Shown here: positions 40,416-55,651 of the stretch, in pieces
Layout of the letters: each line of letters opens with the position of its first letter
Position numbering within the stretch: position 1 is the stretch's first letter
Assembly (NCBI RefSeq): GCF_009914755.1
Contig: NC_060929.1
Strand: one strand, 5' to 3'
DNA from: the human T2T-CHM13v2.0 reference genome, Homo sapiens
Length of the DNA stretch: 64,000 nt
The notes under the pieces: model-generated
The model's database searches: none
What the model saw: the letters and a program-made list of their open reading frames with translations, nothing else
What the model was told of the DNA's origin: nothing
Program-made: the position numbers and the translations under genes

Positions 40416-40769
40416 ACAATACTGAAACATTTTGGAAAAGATCCAAATATATGACAATAGAAATTTAGTAAATTTTGGTCATCTTCTATAATAGAGTTTA
40501 TGCGCCTATTAAACATTATGCTAAAGAGCATAGAAAAATATCCATATCAGAATATTAAATGAAATCACATTACAAAATGATGCATTCAACATGATTTCAA
40601 TTTTATTTAAAACTGATTTGAGTAAGTAGAAAACTTAGCATGAAGACTGCATTGTCCAAAAATTACTTCAATAATCAAATAAAAACACAGGTTTTTTATT
40701 AAACATGATTTCAGAAATTAAAAATTTAAGATTGTAGCTCCTTTAACATTGAAGAGTCTTTTGTCAGTT

Positions 40770-40930
40770 TTTAAAGTCAGAGACCCATATGGAGGAGCTG
40801 ATTCCAAAATCCATGTTCTAATTCCTTATCCCTTCTCCCCAAGATTTGAATACAGTCAGTTTGGGTGGGGCCTGAGCATATTTTTAAAAAGACTGTCAGG
40901 TGATTTTGATGAATACCAGTGGTTAAGAAT
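40770..40930. mobile_element. MER5A-like
   Basis: cagtttgggtggggcctgagcatatttttaaaaagactgtcaggtgattttgatg...cagtggttaagaa. Confidence 0.7.
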
Positions 40931-41399
40931 TAAACTAGACAGATTTCTATCAATGCTGTCAAACAACATATACCTTTTCTTGGCAGCTGCATGACTTTTT
41001 GACTTCCTCTTGGAGTTAACCAAGACCCTGGAGGCTTGTTGTGATGAGCGTTGCTCTTGAGGGCTACTCCCCTCCCTGTATGCAGGCAGGTGGCTTTGTA
41101 AAACCTCAGGAAAGATACTGGCATTGATCCCCACACAATTCATGTTGCTACATTTGGCCCATCATCTAGAGTGTCAAGATCTTTCTTTTCTGCCTCCTCC
41201 TTCCAGCTGTGACTCATCCTAAAACTCAATCAGAATGACATTTAAGGTACTTATGCAAATCTCCTCTTTCCCAAGGTAAACATTCCCAATGTCATCAACC
41301 AGAAAGCCTAAGACATTTTTCTCTTCCCCACTGACTTGGACACCTGGCCTAGATGCTCACCACTTAGGACAGAGATGCTACCTCCATCCCACCACCACC

Positions 41400-41558
41400 A
41401 TTTTTAAAACTTTGATGATAAATGTATTTATATGCAAATAAATTTGCATATATTTATAGTGTACAGTGTGATCTTTTAATATATGTGTGCATTGTGAAAT
41501 GGTAAATCAGGCAAATTGATATTTCCGTCATCTCACACAATTTTTTTTTATTGTGAGC
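41400..41558 (-). mobile_element. L1MA terminal fragment
   Basis: ttgcatatatttatagtgtacagtgtgatcttttaatatatgtgtgcattgtgaaatgg. Confidence 0.7.
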
Positions 41559-41899
41559 CTTTTCCCTTTTAATGTAGATCCTGGAACAGGATTTGAAAAG
41601 GCTCCAATTTGTTGCATAAAAGTCTCTAACTAGGGTTTTTAATGACTAAAGTAACATAGGCTTGTTGTAAAATATTTTTCAAAAATTTATGGAAACTCGT
41701 AAAATAAAAGTCTCCCCCATTTCCAAGCTCATTTTCCCAAGGCAATCACTATTCACAACTTAGTGGTATGCGCCACTTTACATCTCTCATCTAGGCTCAG
41801 TTTCATTTCTTTGACCAACGGTCAAATATTTCTGCCACCCATTTCATAACAATTTATTCTGATGCCAATTTAAAATTATCAAATCAGTTCATGACTCTG

Positions 41900-42325
41900 G
41901 CTCCCATAAAACACCATCCTCCCATTTGCTCACACTGCTCTGCACCAATTCCTTTTCTCCAAAGTCATGGATCCCTTTCCACCTCATGGCCTTGCCTATG
42001 CTGTTTTGTCTGCCTGGCAGGGCTGCCCTATGCCCAAACCTTAACTTTAAGATCACTTCTTCAGGGCAGCCTTCCCTGATCTTGTAAGACTGGGTCAGGT
42101 TATCTCAGCACAGCCTATGATGACTCCATTACAGAGGAGCCATCCTGCTAGGAGTTTATATACTCCTTTTGTGACTATTTGATCAAAGTACGTCTTTCCC
42201 GCCAAATTTTAAACTCTACGAGGGCATGGAAAGCTGTCTTGATAGCTGCTGTGGCCATAGCACTTAGTACTGTGTCTGGCACATAAGACAGCCAAACGAT
42301 ATTTGTTGAATAATTAATGAAATAA
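41900..42325 (+). mobile_element. L2 3' fragment
   Basis: cctcatggccttgcctatgctgtt...tagcacttagtactgtgtctggcacata...atatttgttgaataattaatgaa. Confidence 0.8.
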
Positions 42326-42574
42326 ATTGCAAAGACATTCATCTATGCTAAAAAAAATTCACTGCAAAAAAAAAAAAATCACGAGGATTTTTATAATCCC
42401 TTCAACACAATCTCTGCTCCCTCTAACTTGGTGGTTGATGGGCATTTTCTCCTCACTCTTATTCCATATGATAAGATGTCCCCATCCCTGCCCCAAGATT
42501 TATAAGCCACTGAGCTCTTCTTGAAAACATATTGAAGAAACATCACCAACATTCACCCCATTGTTCCGAGGGAA

Positions 42575-42970
42575 CTCACATATTTTGAGCACCTTACCAT
42601 GTGCGGGTTCTATCCCCTTGCATCTTAAGTTATGTAATTTTCTCAGTGACCCATGATATAGTTTCATTTTTTCTACTTTACAGATGAGAAATCTGAGACC
42701 CAGAGAGACTAAGTAGCTTGGCTAAGATGATAGAGGAAGTAATGGTAGGGATTTGACATTAACAGGTTAATAGAAAGGATGCTGGCCTGGACATGAGGAG
42801 ATGTGAGTTTTAGTCTATCTTCTTCCATGAATTCCTTGGGTAACCTTGAGCCATTACTTTAACCTCCAAGTTTTGACTCCCCGATGTAAAGATAGTGTCT
42901 GAAGAATTGGCACAAGGCCTGCAAAAGTTTCTGACCAAGGATAAAGTACAGCATGCTGTAAAGATGATCA
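42575..42970. mobile_element. Two MIR fragments in opposite orientation (minus 42575-42760, plus 42770-42970)
   Basis: ctttacagatgagaaatctgagacccagagag and ccttgagccattactttaacctcc. Confidence 0.65.
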
Positions 42971-43724
42971 TTATGCCTCTTTCCCCTACCCTCAAGAACC
43001 AACAGATGGCCTTCTCTGCATTTGAAAATCAAACATTCCTACCAAGGTCAGTTATGCCTACAAATCAGTGCAGGCTTTCTTCTCGGGCACAAAATCTCCA
43101 GCTGAAAATCAGCTCTAATTCTTTCTCTTGCTCAGGCCTTGCTCTGAATAATATATTTTGAAAATGAACTATTTTGGGGCCAAGAATCTGTAAATCTGAG
43201 CTGATTCATCACTTTCACCACCAGGCTGCTGCTCTCCTGCATCTTCTGTGTTGTGAGATAAAGATGTTTTTTCTTCACTAACAGTTTCTCAGTGGGCTAC
43301 ATGGAGAGTTCTCCTTTTGTCATGAAAAGATTCTCTGCAAAATACTACAAAACCTAAGGATGAGCACATTCTCAAGAAATCATCTGGAGTAAATAGAACA
43401 CTGGGGTGGGATGGGAGTATGCAGAGAGAGACACAACCACAGAACAGAAGAGCTGAAATGGAATACAACATGGCACCTCTCTTTGAATGTGGAGATGGCA
43501 AAGTGTCAACTCCTGACCTTCCTAACAAAAGAATAAGGAAGTGAAAAAGGTAATTCCAGAAAATGTACTATTTAAAAACTAGCTCCATCTAGCTTTGGAA
43601 TAGTTATCGTTTCCTCCATAAGATTTAGCTTTCTATGTTTTTTTGTATGAATGTATATTAAAATGAATTTGCTTTTTTTAAAGAAATTACAGAGATACCC
43701 TTAAAAACATGCTAGGCAGATTTG

Positions 43725-44370
43725 TCAAAAATTAAAAATAGAACTACCACATGGTCCAGCAATCCCACTACTTGGTATATATCCCAAGGAAAAGAAATCA
43801 GTATGTCAAAGAGATATCTGCACTCCCATGTTTACTGCAACTCCATTCACAATAGCCAAGATAAGAATTGAATGTATAATACAATGGAGTACTATTCAGC
43901 CATAAAAAATGAAATTGTGTCATTTGCAGCAACATGGATGAGCCCAGAAAACATTATGATAAGTCAAAGCCAGGTACAGAAAGACAAATAGGCACACAAT
44001 CTCACTCATATGTGGAATCTAAAAATGTTGATCTCAGAGAAGTAGAGAGTAGAATTGTGGTTACCAGAAATAGGGGATTGGGAGAGGTTGGTCAATGGGT
44101 ACAAAGCCAGTTAGATGGGAGGAATAAGTTCTGGTGTTCTGTTGCACAGAAGGGTGACTATAGTTAACAATAAGATATTGTAATTTCAAAACATCTAGAA
44201 GCAGGAATTTTGAGTGTTCTCACCACAAAGAAATGATACATGTCTGAGGTGATATGTTAATTACCCTCATTTGATTATTATACATTGTATACATGTATCA
44301 AAACATCACATTGTACCCATATAGGTACAATAATTTTGTGTCAATTAAACATTAAAAAATTTTAAACACA
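43725..44370 (+). mobile_element. L1MA 3' end
   Basis: aaaatagaactaccacatggtccagcaatcccactac...catcacattgtaccc; TSD aaaaacatgctagg / aaaaccatgctagg. Confidence 0.92.
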
Positions 44371-44644
44371 CAAAACAAAACAAAAACCATGCTAGGTAAA
44401 ATGGAGCAGCCAGTTAAAGAATAAAAGCAATTGGCATGGATTCTCATTTGTGGATAATTGAGAATTGGCCAATAGTTTCCCAGGGGCAGAAAACACTCCT
44501 TCAGAAAACCTCCTGTGTTCAGTGGAATTTTAAAATGCAATATAAAAGAGCAATGTGATCACAAAAGCACACTACTGCAATATTATATATAAAAAACGCC
44601 ATGCTGTTTGGGGATATTTTCTTCCCATTACTATTCCTCTAGGC

Positions 44645-45030
44645 TATACCTCTACTGAGCTCTAGACCATATTTCCAAATCCACTTGCAACACTGATATC
44701 TCCATGTGGAACGTCAGGCTGCTCAAACTCACTGAGTCCTAAATTGACCTCCGTCTCCTCCCCTCTCCAAATCTTCCTCTGCTGCTACTTTCTTCATTTA
44801 AGTTCCTAGGACTCCATCCGTCAAATTGCCAACCTAGAGACACAGGATTCATTCTGAGCACTTCTCAGCTGCACCATTGACCTAGATAGAAGCCCTACTA
44901 ATTCTATCTCAAAATATCCCTCTCATAAATCTCCTTTTCCACGCCATGCCCTCTGCACTGCGCTAGTCCTGGGCCATACCATCTCTCACCAAGATTAGTG
45001 CATCGCCTTCTAATAGGCCTCCCTCCTTCC
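44645..45030 (+). mobile_element. L2 fragment
   Basis: tactgagctctagaccatatttccaa...tatctccatgtgga...ctcaaactcactgagtcc. Confidence 0.7.
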
Positions 45031-45559
45031 ATCATTCCGCCTCCTTGACAGTGGTACATTCAGCCACACCCTGGCTTCTCACCAGGTCACTCACCACACA
45101 TCACACACAACACAACCTTCTCACATACTAAAAAATATCCACAGAGAAACACACACAATACACAATCTCCAACACCTATATATATATCCACAGACAACAC
45201 GTGCACATGCATGTGCTTACACACATGTACAATTGCACAAATCCTCAAATACATCAACCCACCTGCCATCCCTTAATACCATACTCTTCTCTCCCATTTC
45301 TAGATGTCTCTTAAGGCTATTTTTATCTTCTGAGACCTCCTTTCTTCACTGTCATACCACCCATTAATGCCCCCTTGAAGCTCTGATTTATCCTTGTAGA
45401 TCAAGCTCAAAGCATGAGCCCACCCTCCCATGAAACAGCTAAGCATGGCTCTCCCTTCTCTGGTTGTCACAGCACTTTGTGGATGTATATCACAATGTAC
45501 TAAGGTTTGCTAGCCCTGCCTCTAGGCTTAGCCCTGGAGTCCTAAAAAGCAGCAGAACT

Positions 45560-45750
45560 TAACAGCACAGGCTTTGGGGGCAAACAGAGTTGGGGTGAAA
45601 CCTCAGTCATCTCTTACTAGCTTGGGAAAGTAAATTCCCTAAGCCCCCTTTTTTCTCACTTCAAAAAAAGATAATAGAGTTGAAATTAGAAATAAGTGAA
45701 AAAATTCTAACTAACACTCAGTTAAGACTCAATAAAATGGCAACTATTAT
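45560..45750 (+). mobile_element. MIR
   Basis: agcacaggctttgggggcaaacagagttgggg...tcttactagc...ctcaataaaatggcaactattatt. Confidence 0.65.
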
Positions 45751-46249
45751 TAAAACTATTTAGACCTCATGTGCCTAGTACTCTGCCAAAAAAAAAAAAG
45801 CTTAATTACATGAATGGATTTAACTTTCAGCTGGTTCAGTGTCATAAAAAGCATATTCAAGTATGATGCCACATTGTAAATTCCCATTTATGCAAAGTAA
45901 GCAAAGGAACTACTAATATTCATATTCACATTTTACCAATGGCAAAATACACACTGACAACGTAAGTAACTGTGTTCAGAACACACAGTGAATCCGTGGC
46001 CCAAGTAAGACTAGAACTCAGCCTTTGAGTGTTATTTCCGTGTAAAACATTGTCTCACATTTCAAAAATGAGTCCATCTAAAAATGATATAGCTGTCCAA
46101 TCCTTTGTACTATGCTGTGTAGTTTTCCTAAATATGCTTATTTTACAAGAAAAGAAAGTTCGTAAAATAACAAATTGGTAAGATGCCAGAAGAAGGACTG
46201 GCTCCTCAATTTAGAGCAGAGCCTTGCAAATGAGGATGAACATTTGAAA

Positions 46250-46820
46250 GAGCGATCTTCTGGAAAGCATAACTCAGATTACATCATTTTCTTGCTTCTA
46301 AGCCCTCCAGTGACTTCTCCTTGCTCTCCAAATAAAATCACCCATCTTTTCATGGCCTCCAAGCCTCCATATGGTCTGGATCCTGCCTAACTCTCATACC
46401 ACTGTTGTCTGTTTCAGTCATCATACTCAGGTTGCACTGGTCTTCTGTTTCTCATACTCTCCACATTCATTACTGCTCCAGGGCCTTTGCATTTACTATT
46501 TTCTCTCCAGGAAGTCCTCATTCCCTAAATTTTCTTCATTTTTGGTTTTTTTTTTTTTTTTGCTTTTTAGGTTGTCCTGTCAAGAATACTTCTCCATCTA
46601 ATATATTTGTTTACCACCCACTCTCTATATCCTTAACTTGTCCTAATCTCTCCATACCATTTATCAACATATAAAATTCTCATTTGCTTTGTGGGTTCTT
46701 CCTCCCACAGATTATTATTAGAAAAGAGAGAAATCTTGATCTTGCTCACTTCTTTATGACCAACACATGAAACAGTGATTGATACATAGTAGATATTCAG
46801 TAAACATTTGCTAAATGAAG
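46250..46820 (+). mobile_element. L2 3' fragment
   Basis: ctcagattacatc...cctccagtgacttctcc...cagggcctttgcat...catagtagatattcagtaaacatttgctaaatgaa. Confidence 0.8.
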
Positions 46821-47072
46821 AAATAAGCTTCTTTTATCACCACTAAAGCACCAAGATAAGTCTTTCCGTGCCTTTGTCATCTAGATTTATATAACCTCCT
46901 TAAAACTAAAAGCAATGCAGTCCCCAAATTTAGAACTTGTAGGAAGAAGTGAGCAAATTGCAAACATCATTCTTACATCCTTGAGAAAAAAAGACTTTTG
47001 TTTTTCTTTATATTTAAGGAAAGCTGAGTCTTTTGGCAAAAGGGACTGTTTGGAGACACTCCCTCCATGTGA

Positions 47073-47506
<434 letters not shown>

Positions 47507-48748
47507 CAGAGTTTACTTAGACGGCACACCACATAACGAGCAGAACGTGCACTGAGATGGGAAGAACAGATTTTCCAAGTAGTTTAATTTCGAGAATTAA
47601 CTTAAAAATTATCTGGTAACCTCATTCCTAATGTCATAGTGCCACGTCCACTTTAAAGTTTAAAATCTTGGAAATGGATTCAATCATCCATGACAAACAT
47701 ATGTTGTTCTTCTCAAGCAGAAGTATAAAATAATTCTTCTCCCTAACTTTCTGAATTTTCCTTTTAATAACTTGAAAAAATAACAGCCCTTAGTAGCCCA
47801 CCTGTGTGTTAACAGTGATTTTTGCAAAACATAGCCAAACAGAAGTCCCTGTTTGCCTCATTTCAAGTTAATTTGAAAAAGAAAAGTTGGCTCAACCAAA
47901 CTTATGCTGTAATGGTCCTTGCTTACAAGTCAGCAAGTACCATCTGAAAGCTTAGGGGTAGCACTCCATTTCCCTCCTGGATCCCTGGTAGTAGATGTGC
48001 ATGCAAAGTGAATGCAGGTACAAACACCAAGTGCTCTCCCAACAGGTTTCCACTGTCATCTTCTTCACTTATAAGCAGCTAAGCCACAAATTCCCCTCTA
48101 TCAGATGTCACAGGAAGCTACACAAAGTAGGATTTGAAATGTATATATGTAATTATGTCAAATCTGATGGCAACATAATTTACTGAAGAGCAGAAAGCTT
48201 ATTGAACATGAGGCTATTTCTATTCCAAAAGCCTAGAACATAGAGTCAGTCTCATCCTCCCAACCCAGCCTTAAAAATCAGATGGAGATTCATGACATGG
48301 AAAGAATCACAGGGAAGATGTTCACATTGGTAGTGAGTTTGCCTCAATTTGTGTTCCTCATGACCATCTCTAGTTTTCAGGCCAATAAGGGCAGATACTG
48401 CTGGTAGAGCAGCCATGTTATATGATTTCCAATTTGTGAGTTAGCTCTTTGGCTCCCTAGGGTACCTTCAATAGCTATAGAATTAGCATCTATTGCTTTT
48501 CATTTGGTTCTTATCATCACAGAAGAGGGTTGGCCATACATAGAATAGTTGAGTTTTGGGGGAAAGCATTGGGTAAGAGGAAGGGAGTATGCACTAGAAA
48601 AAGTAGACTCATGACACACACTGTGGTAGAGTGGTAATTTTTGAAACGGGCTTTAACAGAGATAGAAAGAAAACTGTATGAAAACTCTTCATAATAATTA
48701 ATTAAGCCTCTCTTAGTCCTAAATTGAGAAAAATGCAAGAATCAATAC

Positions 48749-49033
48749 TTTTTTTTTTTTTTTTGAGATGGGGCTGAAGTGCAGTGGTGCAATCTCGGCT
48801 CACTGTAACCTCTGCCTCCTGGGTTCAAATGATTCTTCCACCTCAGCCTCCTGAGTAGCTGGGATTACAGGTGCCCACCACCACACCTGGCTAATTTTTT
48901 GTGTGTGTTTTTAGTAGAGACAGGGCTTCACCATGTTGGCCAGGCTTGTCTTGAACTCCTGGCCTCAAGTGATCCACCCGCCTTAGCCTCCCCAAAGTTC
49001 TGGGATTACAGGCGTGAGCCACCGCACCCAGCC
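48749..49033 (-). mobile_element. Alu (AluS) with about 20-bp deletion near its 3' end
   Basis: gagatggggctgaagtgcagtgg lacks the tctcgctctgtcgccca segment; TSD aagaatcaata / aaaaatcaata. Confidence 0.95.
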
Positions 49034-49574
49034 AAAAATCAATAATTTTAAATGTTTCATACTTATTGACATTAATGAAACCTCCTGAAAAAGCATTTAA
49101 TGCAACTCCGCTGATATTTTAAATTTACGTTCCTCACATTACAAGGTCAGGTCAGTTCCCCTGGGTTTCACAGAGCCGACGTTATCACATAGACACGACT
49201 TTGTTCATGCTGTGTATGGAACAACCCTTCAGAGGGTTGCTGAGCTGTCCATGGTGCTGGGAAAGCAGCTGTTTCTCCTCTTTGGTTCAGCAGGAGACAC
49301 ACATTCAGAAATGATGTGTTATCTCACAGTGCAGTGGCCCACACTTCCATGTTTATTTGGAAAAAGAAAACACATAGTATCTCCTAGTATTCTGCTTTCC
49401 TAACAAGCTTTGATTTGTTTAGGCTACCTCAATAAAGTATCTCTTTTTACTCTTTTACCCTTCAGATATTAACAACCACATTGAGGTACATGAATTTGCA
49501 CTTGCTTGCATTTCTATCATTGCACTTGCTTGCATTTCTATTTGTATCATAAGTGTTTTTTCTTTCCAAACAGA

Positions 49575-49840
49575 CTATAAGTGTAAGGGTTAAAGAAATA
49601 CTTATGGATGGATTGAAATAACTGAATTCAAATTTAGGCTCCTCCACCTATTAGCTGATAACCTGGTTGAGTCAAGTTACTTTTTCTGCCTCAGTTTCTT
49701 TAACTGTAAAAAGAGGTGATTGAAAGCCACTAACTTTTTGGAAGTGCTGTAGTTTAAAGTATGCAGTGCTATATTTTAAAGTATTTTGCAAACTGTGACA
49801 TGCTATGACAGTGTGCTATGACATGCTATGAAAGCAAGCA
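49575..49840 (+). mobile_element. MIR
   Basis: ggctcctccacctattagctg...tctgcctcagtttctttaactgtaaaa. Confidence 0.7.
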
Positions 49841-50719
49841 TTTATCATGCCACTTTTTTTGTTGTTGGTATCACATGTAGTAAGATATTCTTGACAGAGC
49901 ATTAATAGCATTAATAATTGAAGTTTTTGTTGTCTCCTCCAATTCAGAACAGGCCTATGGGAATGAAGGATCCATCTCATGCCAGGGGAATCTTATGAGT
50001 TATAGATATAAGAAGAATTTCACTTGAAAGAAAGTAGAGAAGTGTAGAAGCTGTAAAATTTATATCCGGTAAATAATTCAAAGATTAATACCCAAAGTCT
50101 CAGTCATCTCTAGGCTCATCATCATTGCCACTTCCTCGGTACTTGGCATTTCTTTTTTAAAAATGCCCCAGTCATGATTTAATCTGAACACATTCTCTTT
50201 AAATGATCTAGGAATAATTAAATATCCTGCCCAACATAATAAAGGGTGGCAGAGACAAAACTTGACATCGGATTATTCTGAATTCAAATTCTCAACCATC
50301 ATGCCTACAGCCTTCTAAATCTAAATGAGTCTTCTAGGTATAGGTTAAATTAGGAGCTGGCCAAAACTTCTTGGATCCCTTATTCTGAAGTAGAACCTTA
50401 GAGAGCCTAAGTCTAGCATTTTAGAGACCACCCTGAAAATAAGCTTTTTTAGGAGGAGGGGGATAAGGGAAAATTTGCTTTGTGAATCTAACCCAAGATA
50501 ATCTTCAGTTTCCATGATGTAACAAACCAGAGGTTGCACAAGCTGCTGGAATCACAAGAACACTAACTTACCACCTACCAATTTACCAAGTCAGTATCCA
50601 TGAACCAACTAGAACTTACTTTTTGTGCAGCATAAAGAAATTCAATTAAAATGCATTCTGGTGGCGTTTTCAAAACTCAGCAACTTTAATAATTACACCA
50701 TTTAAAAATTGCATTTAGT

Positions 50720-51012
50720 GCCATTACTTCTCATCCATTTAAATCCTCCCCATTCTTAAAGATCCAGTTGATATTCCCCTCCCTCCAAGAACATTCACAG
50801 ATGGCTCCAACTTACAGTAATTTAATCTTTCTCTGCATACATATCACTTCTGCCTACACCATACATCTGTCAACAAATCATCTATTGCCCTGGAATATCT
50901 GTTTTTTACCTTGCTATCTAACTTATATTAATTGGCTTTTCGAATCTATACCTTATGTTTTCAACCTTACTGGAACACTAGCTCATCACAGGTGCTCAAT
51001 AAATATTTGAAC
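50720..51012 (+). mobile_element. L2 3' fragment
   Basis: cattcttaaagatccag...caggtgctcaataaatatttga. Confidence 0.55.
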
Positions 51013-52009
51013 TAAAGTTAGCACTTACATTTTATTGAAACTGCTTAAGTTTCTGCTTCTTCCCCATTCTTTTCCCCCATTTTAAGTCCACAAAGGTATG
51101 GCTACTTTTTCTGTCATAATCAATACCGTATCCTTGGGACCAAGGATATCATAGGGGCTTATGTGCATGCTTGGAATAACTACAGTAATAAAAATATGAC
51201 CTAGCTGAATTGCCAGGGAATTAGGAGAAATTTTCAAATCTCTAGTTCAAGGAGATAAGCTATGCTCCTAAGTGAATTTATTTTATTTCAGATGAGAATC
51301 ACTTTCAAAGTACCATTGGGAGATTTGTGTTTGTAAATTCTGTTCTCAGCTACAACAAAAAATGTAGCACAGACCATAGATCAAGGCATAGAGTAAGGTA
51401 AAATACAATACGAATAAAAGGGAAAGAGCACCCAGAACACATCGGTTATTTTCAAAATGTCTTATGTAAAGACTGAGGCATTATGCTTCAGCACAGAGCT
51501 GAGAAGAAATTTGCATGAACCCTTTCAAGAGCTTGCAAGCTGCCTTAACTCCATTTATTTATGTATTTTTCAGGAATGTTTATTGTGGTAGATGTTAGGG
51601 ATAGAGAAGTGAACAAAACCAATATAGTCTTGCCCTCATAGAATCCACATTCTAACAAAATGAGAAAATAAAGGAAATTTCTCCCATTCATTTATATAAT
51701 AAGTATTGATAAAGTATCGACTCCATGCACAGCATTGGGTTTCACTTTCCTGGCTTTGCTGCTCTGATATTACTGAGGGTAGAAGAGATGACACAAGCAG
51801 TTAATCTGATTTAATAAATCCTTTAATTCTGTCGGTAAATACTGGGAAGGAAAGGGGATCATGGAGAAAGAGGGCCCAGAAATAGACATTAAGCCCTTTT
51901 TCTGTCGTCTTCCTACACTTTAGTAATATTAAGACAGTTCCTTGAGAAAGAGAGCAATCTCTGCCTTGCTCAGGGGAAAAAGAATTGGGAGTCTCCATGG
52001 CCTAGTTGA

Positions 52010-52052
<43 letters not shown>

Positions 52053-52057
52053 CAGAC
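52010..52057. repeat. (GA)n / (GAGACA)n microsatellite
   Basis: Direct reading. Confidence 0.95.
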
Positions 52058-53864
52058 AATCATGTACGCTTTCTTTCATGGTGGCGTCCTGGCTGCTGCA
52101 ATAGTTGCAACTCAAGGAGGTTAGGAGCAGCCCCCTCCTGCATGATCATGCATTATCCCATGAATTCTACCATCCATAATGCACATTCTCTAGTTGAAGG
52201 TTTTATTTTCCCTTTTCTTTGTTGTAATGGAATTTTCTATTATACCCTAAAATATTACTTTTACTTTTTTTAAAAAAAAAAAAGACATTCTCTTGCTGTT
52301 TCACATATAGTTCTTAGATTAATACTCAGATCCATTTAACATCATAAAAGAGAAACTTCTGTATCAATGACCAAATCAGTGGGTGAGATCTACAAACTAG
52401 AATCAGGGCTGGTGCATTGCTTTCAGAATGTTCCTTATTTATAGACAGCTTAATTGCATTAAGTGCCAAAGAATGTACTGCTTTCTTTGTAATGAGTTTT
52501 TATGGTCTTAGTGTTCAGAAGCTCAGATTCCATCTGTGACAGCAGAATGTTGTAGAATTCAGCTATTAATAGCTGCTGGTACACACTTACTCAGAGCTAA
52601 GAGGCCCAAGGCTGTAGAGACAGCCAGATGGAGATAATACCAGAGAGTGACTGTATGGACAAAAAGGATGATCTTTTTCCCCCCAACACAAAACAGACAA
52701 CACTAAAAACATGACAATCCTGTTTTATTGCAAGCCAAACTCTCTGAAGAATTTTTTTCCCCCTCTTTGGAATTCTTAGGTCTGGTTCTAAATCACATTT
52801 GATTTATCACTGTTTCTGATGTTCAAATAACTCCTTACACAGGTTATAAAACCAAAAACATCCAGATGAGTTAACAACCATTATTTAGTAAAATGATACC
52901 AAGTAACCACACAGAAAATCAGGAATAATACAATTTGGCTATTATTCAAGGAAAAATAAACTTTGATACAGGACAGCCTTCCGAATCAGGAATATTTTCC
53001 TTAACATAGAGAAGAACGGGTAAGTGAGCTGAATAATACAGACCTTTTTATGGAAAGAAAAAATTTTTTAAAAAAACCTGCTTAATGTGATTTAGAGTGA
53101 TTATGGCTTTAGTTCATCTTTATTCTAATAAGAGTAAGAAAATTATACTGCAAGACAAGGGTGACATGACCACCATATTTAATGTCATTACATTAATGAA
53201 TGATTCTTATGGGCCAAAGAACACCAACTCTTGTTTTTTAAAAAATTATAATATCCTGCTAAGTAAATAAGAAAAAAACCTATTTTTTAATCTGTGACTC
53301 ATTGGTAAATTGAATGGCTAAATTATATTTTGGTGGGAGTACAATTGTAGGTTGCCAAAGAAATGTGGGTTATATGCTTAAGCATAGAAATATTAATGGG
53401 CATGCTTGTGTGCAATGAAAAATGATATTAAAAAATGGGTAAGTGTTCAGCATATTTTGTTTCATTTGCAACATGAGTAAAATCACATTGTTCTTCTGAA
53501 GCCAAGCACAGCTAAAGGCAAGAGGCACAGATAAGGTGGGGCTGTGATGGGGAGCACTCTGCTGTCATGCTTTAAGGAAGTTTCTGGCAAACAGAGAATG
53601 TATGTTAAGTACCTGCAGTGGCCTATTTCATAGAGACACCATATAAAGAGTCCTGCAAAGCAAAACTGACTTATGTAAAAGAGGCGCAGGTTAAGGTTTC
53701 ATACAGGTGGGTAAGAAAACCAGGATGTCTCAAACTATCCAAAGAATCTAAAGTCTATCCCTACAGACCTCCATTTTTTCACGTAACTACCCCTACTTTG
53801 TAGGAAGGACTTTTTTTTAAGTAAAAAACAGGCCTAAAATTTTGATAATCTATTTTCATTGCAG

Positions 53865-54470
53865 GCAAATTGGCTAGTAGTTTAGGTTCTAGAGTCACAC
53901 TCATTGTGTTTCATGTTTGCCTCTTACTAGTTGTGTAAACCTGGGCAAGCTTTTGAAGTTGGTAAGCCTGTATTTTCTCAGAGGTAAAATAGATATTGTG
54001 AGAATACCTACATCATAGGATTGTGAGGATTATGTAAGATATTCTATGCAAAACATATAGTACAATGGCTAGTATACAGTCAATGCTCAATAGATGTTTC
54101 TTTTTTATTCTTATTTTTGTTATTTATTTACATTTTACTTCATTACTGCTATATGTAAAGTGCTTCTAATATTAGAGACATCTGGGTTTGACTTCTGGCT
54201 GAGAAACCATGATGAATCTTCTTCAGTTTACTCATCTGTCAAATAAGGCTAATCATAGATATGCCATAGGAATGTGATAAGTAAACTAAATAATTTAAGC
54301 CACACGTTTAACACAGTATCTGACACAAGCTAATGCCTATAAAAAACTAGCTGTTAGGATTTCAATCGTAGTCATATCCACTCAATAAGGTTAATGTGAC
54401 ACTTAAATGTGATAATGTATATAAAGCCCAACCAACAGTACCCGAACCTTAAATGTTACCTCACTCTTCC
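53865..54470 (+). mobile_element. Three consecutive MIR fragments
   Basis: Near 53865-54100, 54150-54350 and 54370-54470, each with cataggattgtgaggatta-like or acagtatctgacaca-like segments. Confidence 0.65.
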
Positions 54471-54539
54471 TGCATCTTGGTTAGCCACCTGCATGTATCA
54501 CATAGTATTTTTAACCAATAGTATCTTCTGTATATTGGC

Positions 54540-54781
54540 TTTTTTTTTTTTTGAGATGGAGTCTCACTCTGTCGCCCAGGCTGGAGTATAGTGGCATGAT
54601 CTTGGCTCACTGCAATCCCCGACTCCCGGGTTCAAACATTCTTGGCTAATTTTTGTATTTTTAGTACAGATGGGATTCACCATGTTGGCTAGGCTGGTCT
54701 TGAGCTCCTGACCTCAAGTGATCCACCCACCTTGGCCTCCCAAAGTGCTAGGATTGCAGGTGTGAGCCATTGCATCCAACC
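54540..54781 (-). mobile_element. Alu (AluS) with about 55-bp internal deletion
   Basis: ttcaaacattct joins directly to tggctaatttttg; degenerate TSD ctgtatattggcttt / ctctatatcagcttt. Confidence 0.95.
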
Positions 54782-55166
54782 TCTATATCAGCTTTAATAT
54801 TTACCAGTCTCCAAGTTCATTAGGTGACTTGCTACCATACTATCATTTCACAAAGCGATTGTGGTACAATTATGTACTGCATAACAATGTTTCAGTTTAT
54901 GATGAACCAATGTGTGATGGTGGTCCCATGAGATTTTAACAGGGCTAAAAATATTCCTATTGCCTAGTGATGTTGCAGCCATCATAATGCCAGAGTGCAA
55001 TGCATTACTCAGGTGTTTGTGGTGATGGTGGTATAAACAAACCTACTCTGCTGTCAGTTGTATAAAAGTAGAGCACATACCGTTATGTACAGTATGTGAT
55101 ACTCAATCATGATAATAAATGACTATGTTACTCGTTATGTATACTATACTTTTTATCATTATTTCA

Positions 55167-55643
<477 letters not shown>

Positions 55644-55651
55644 GCATCAGG

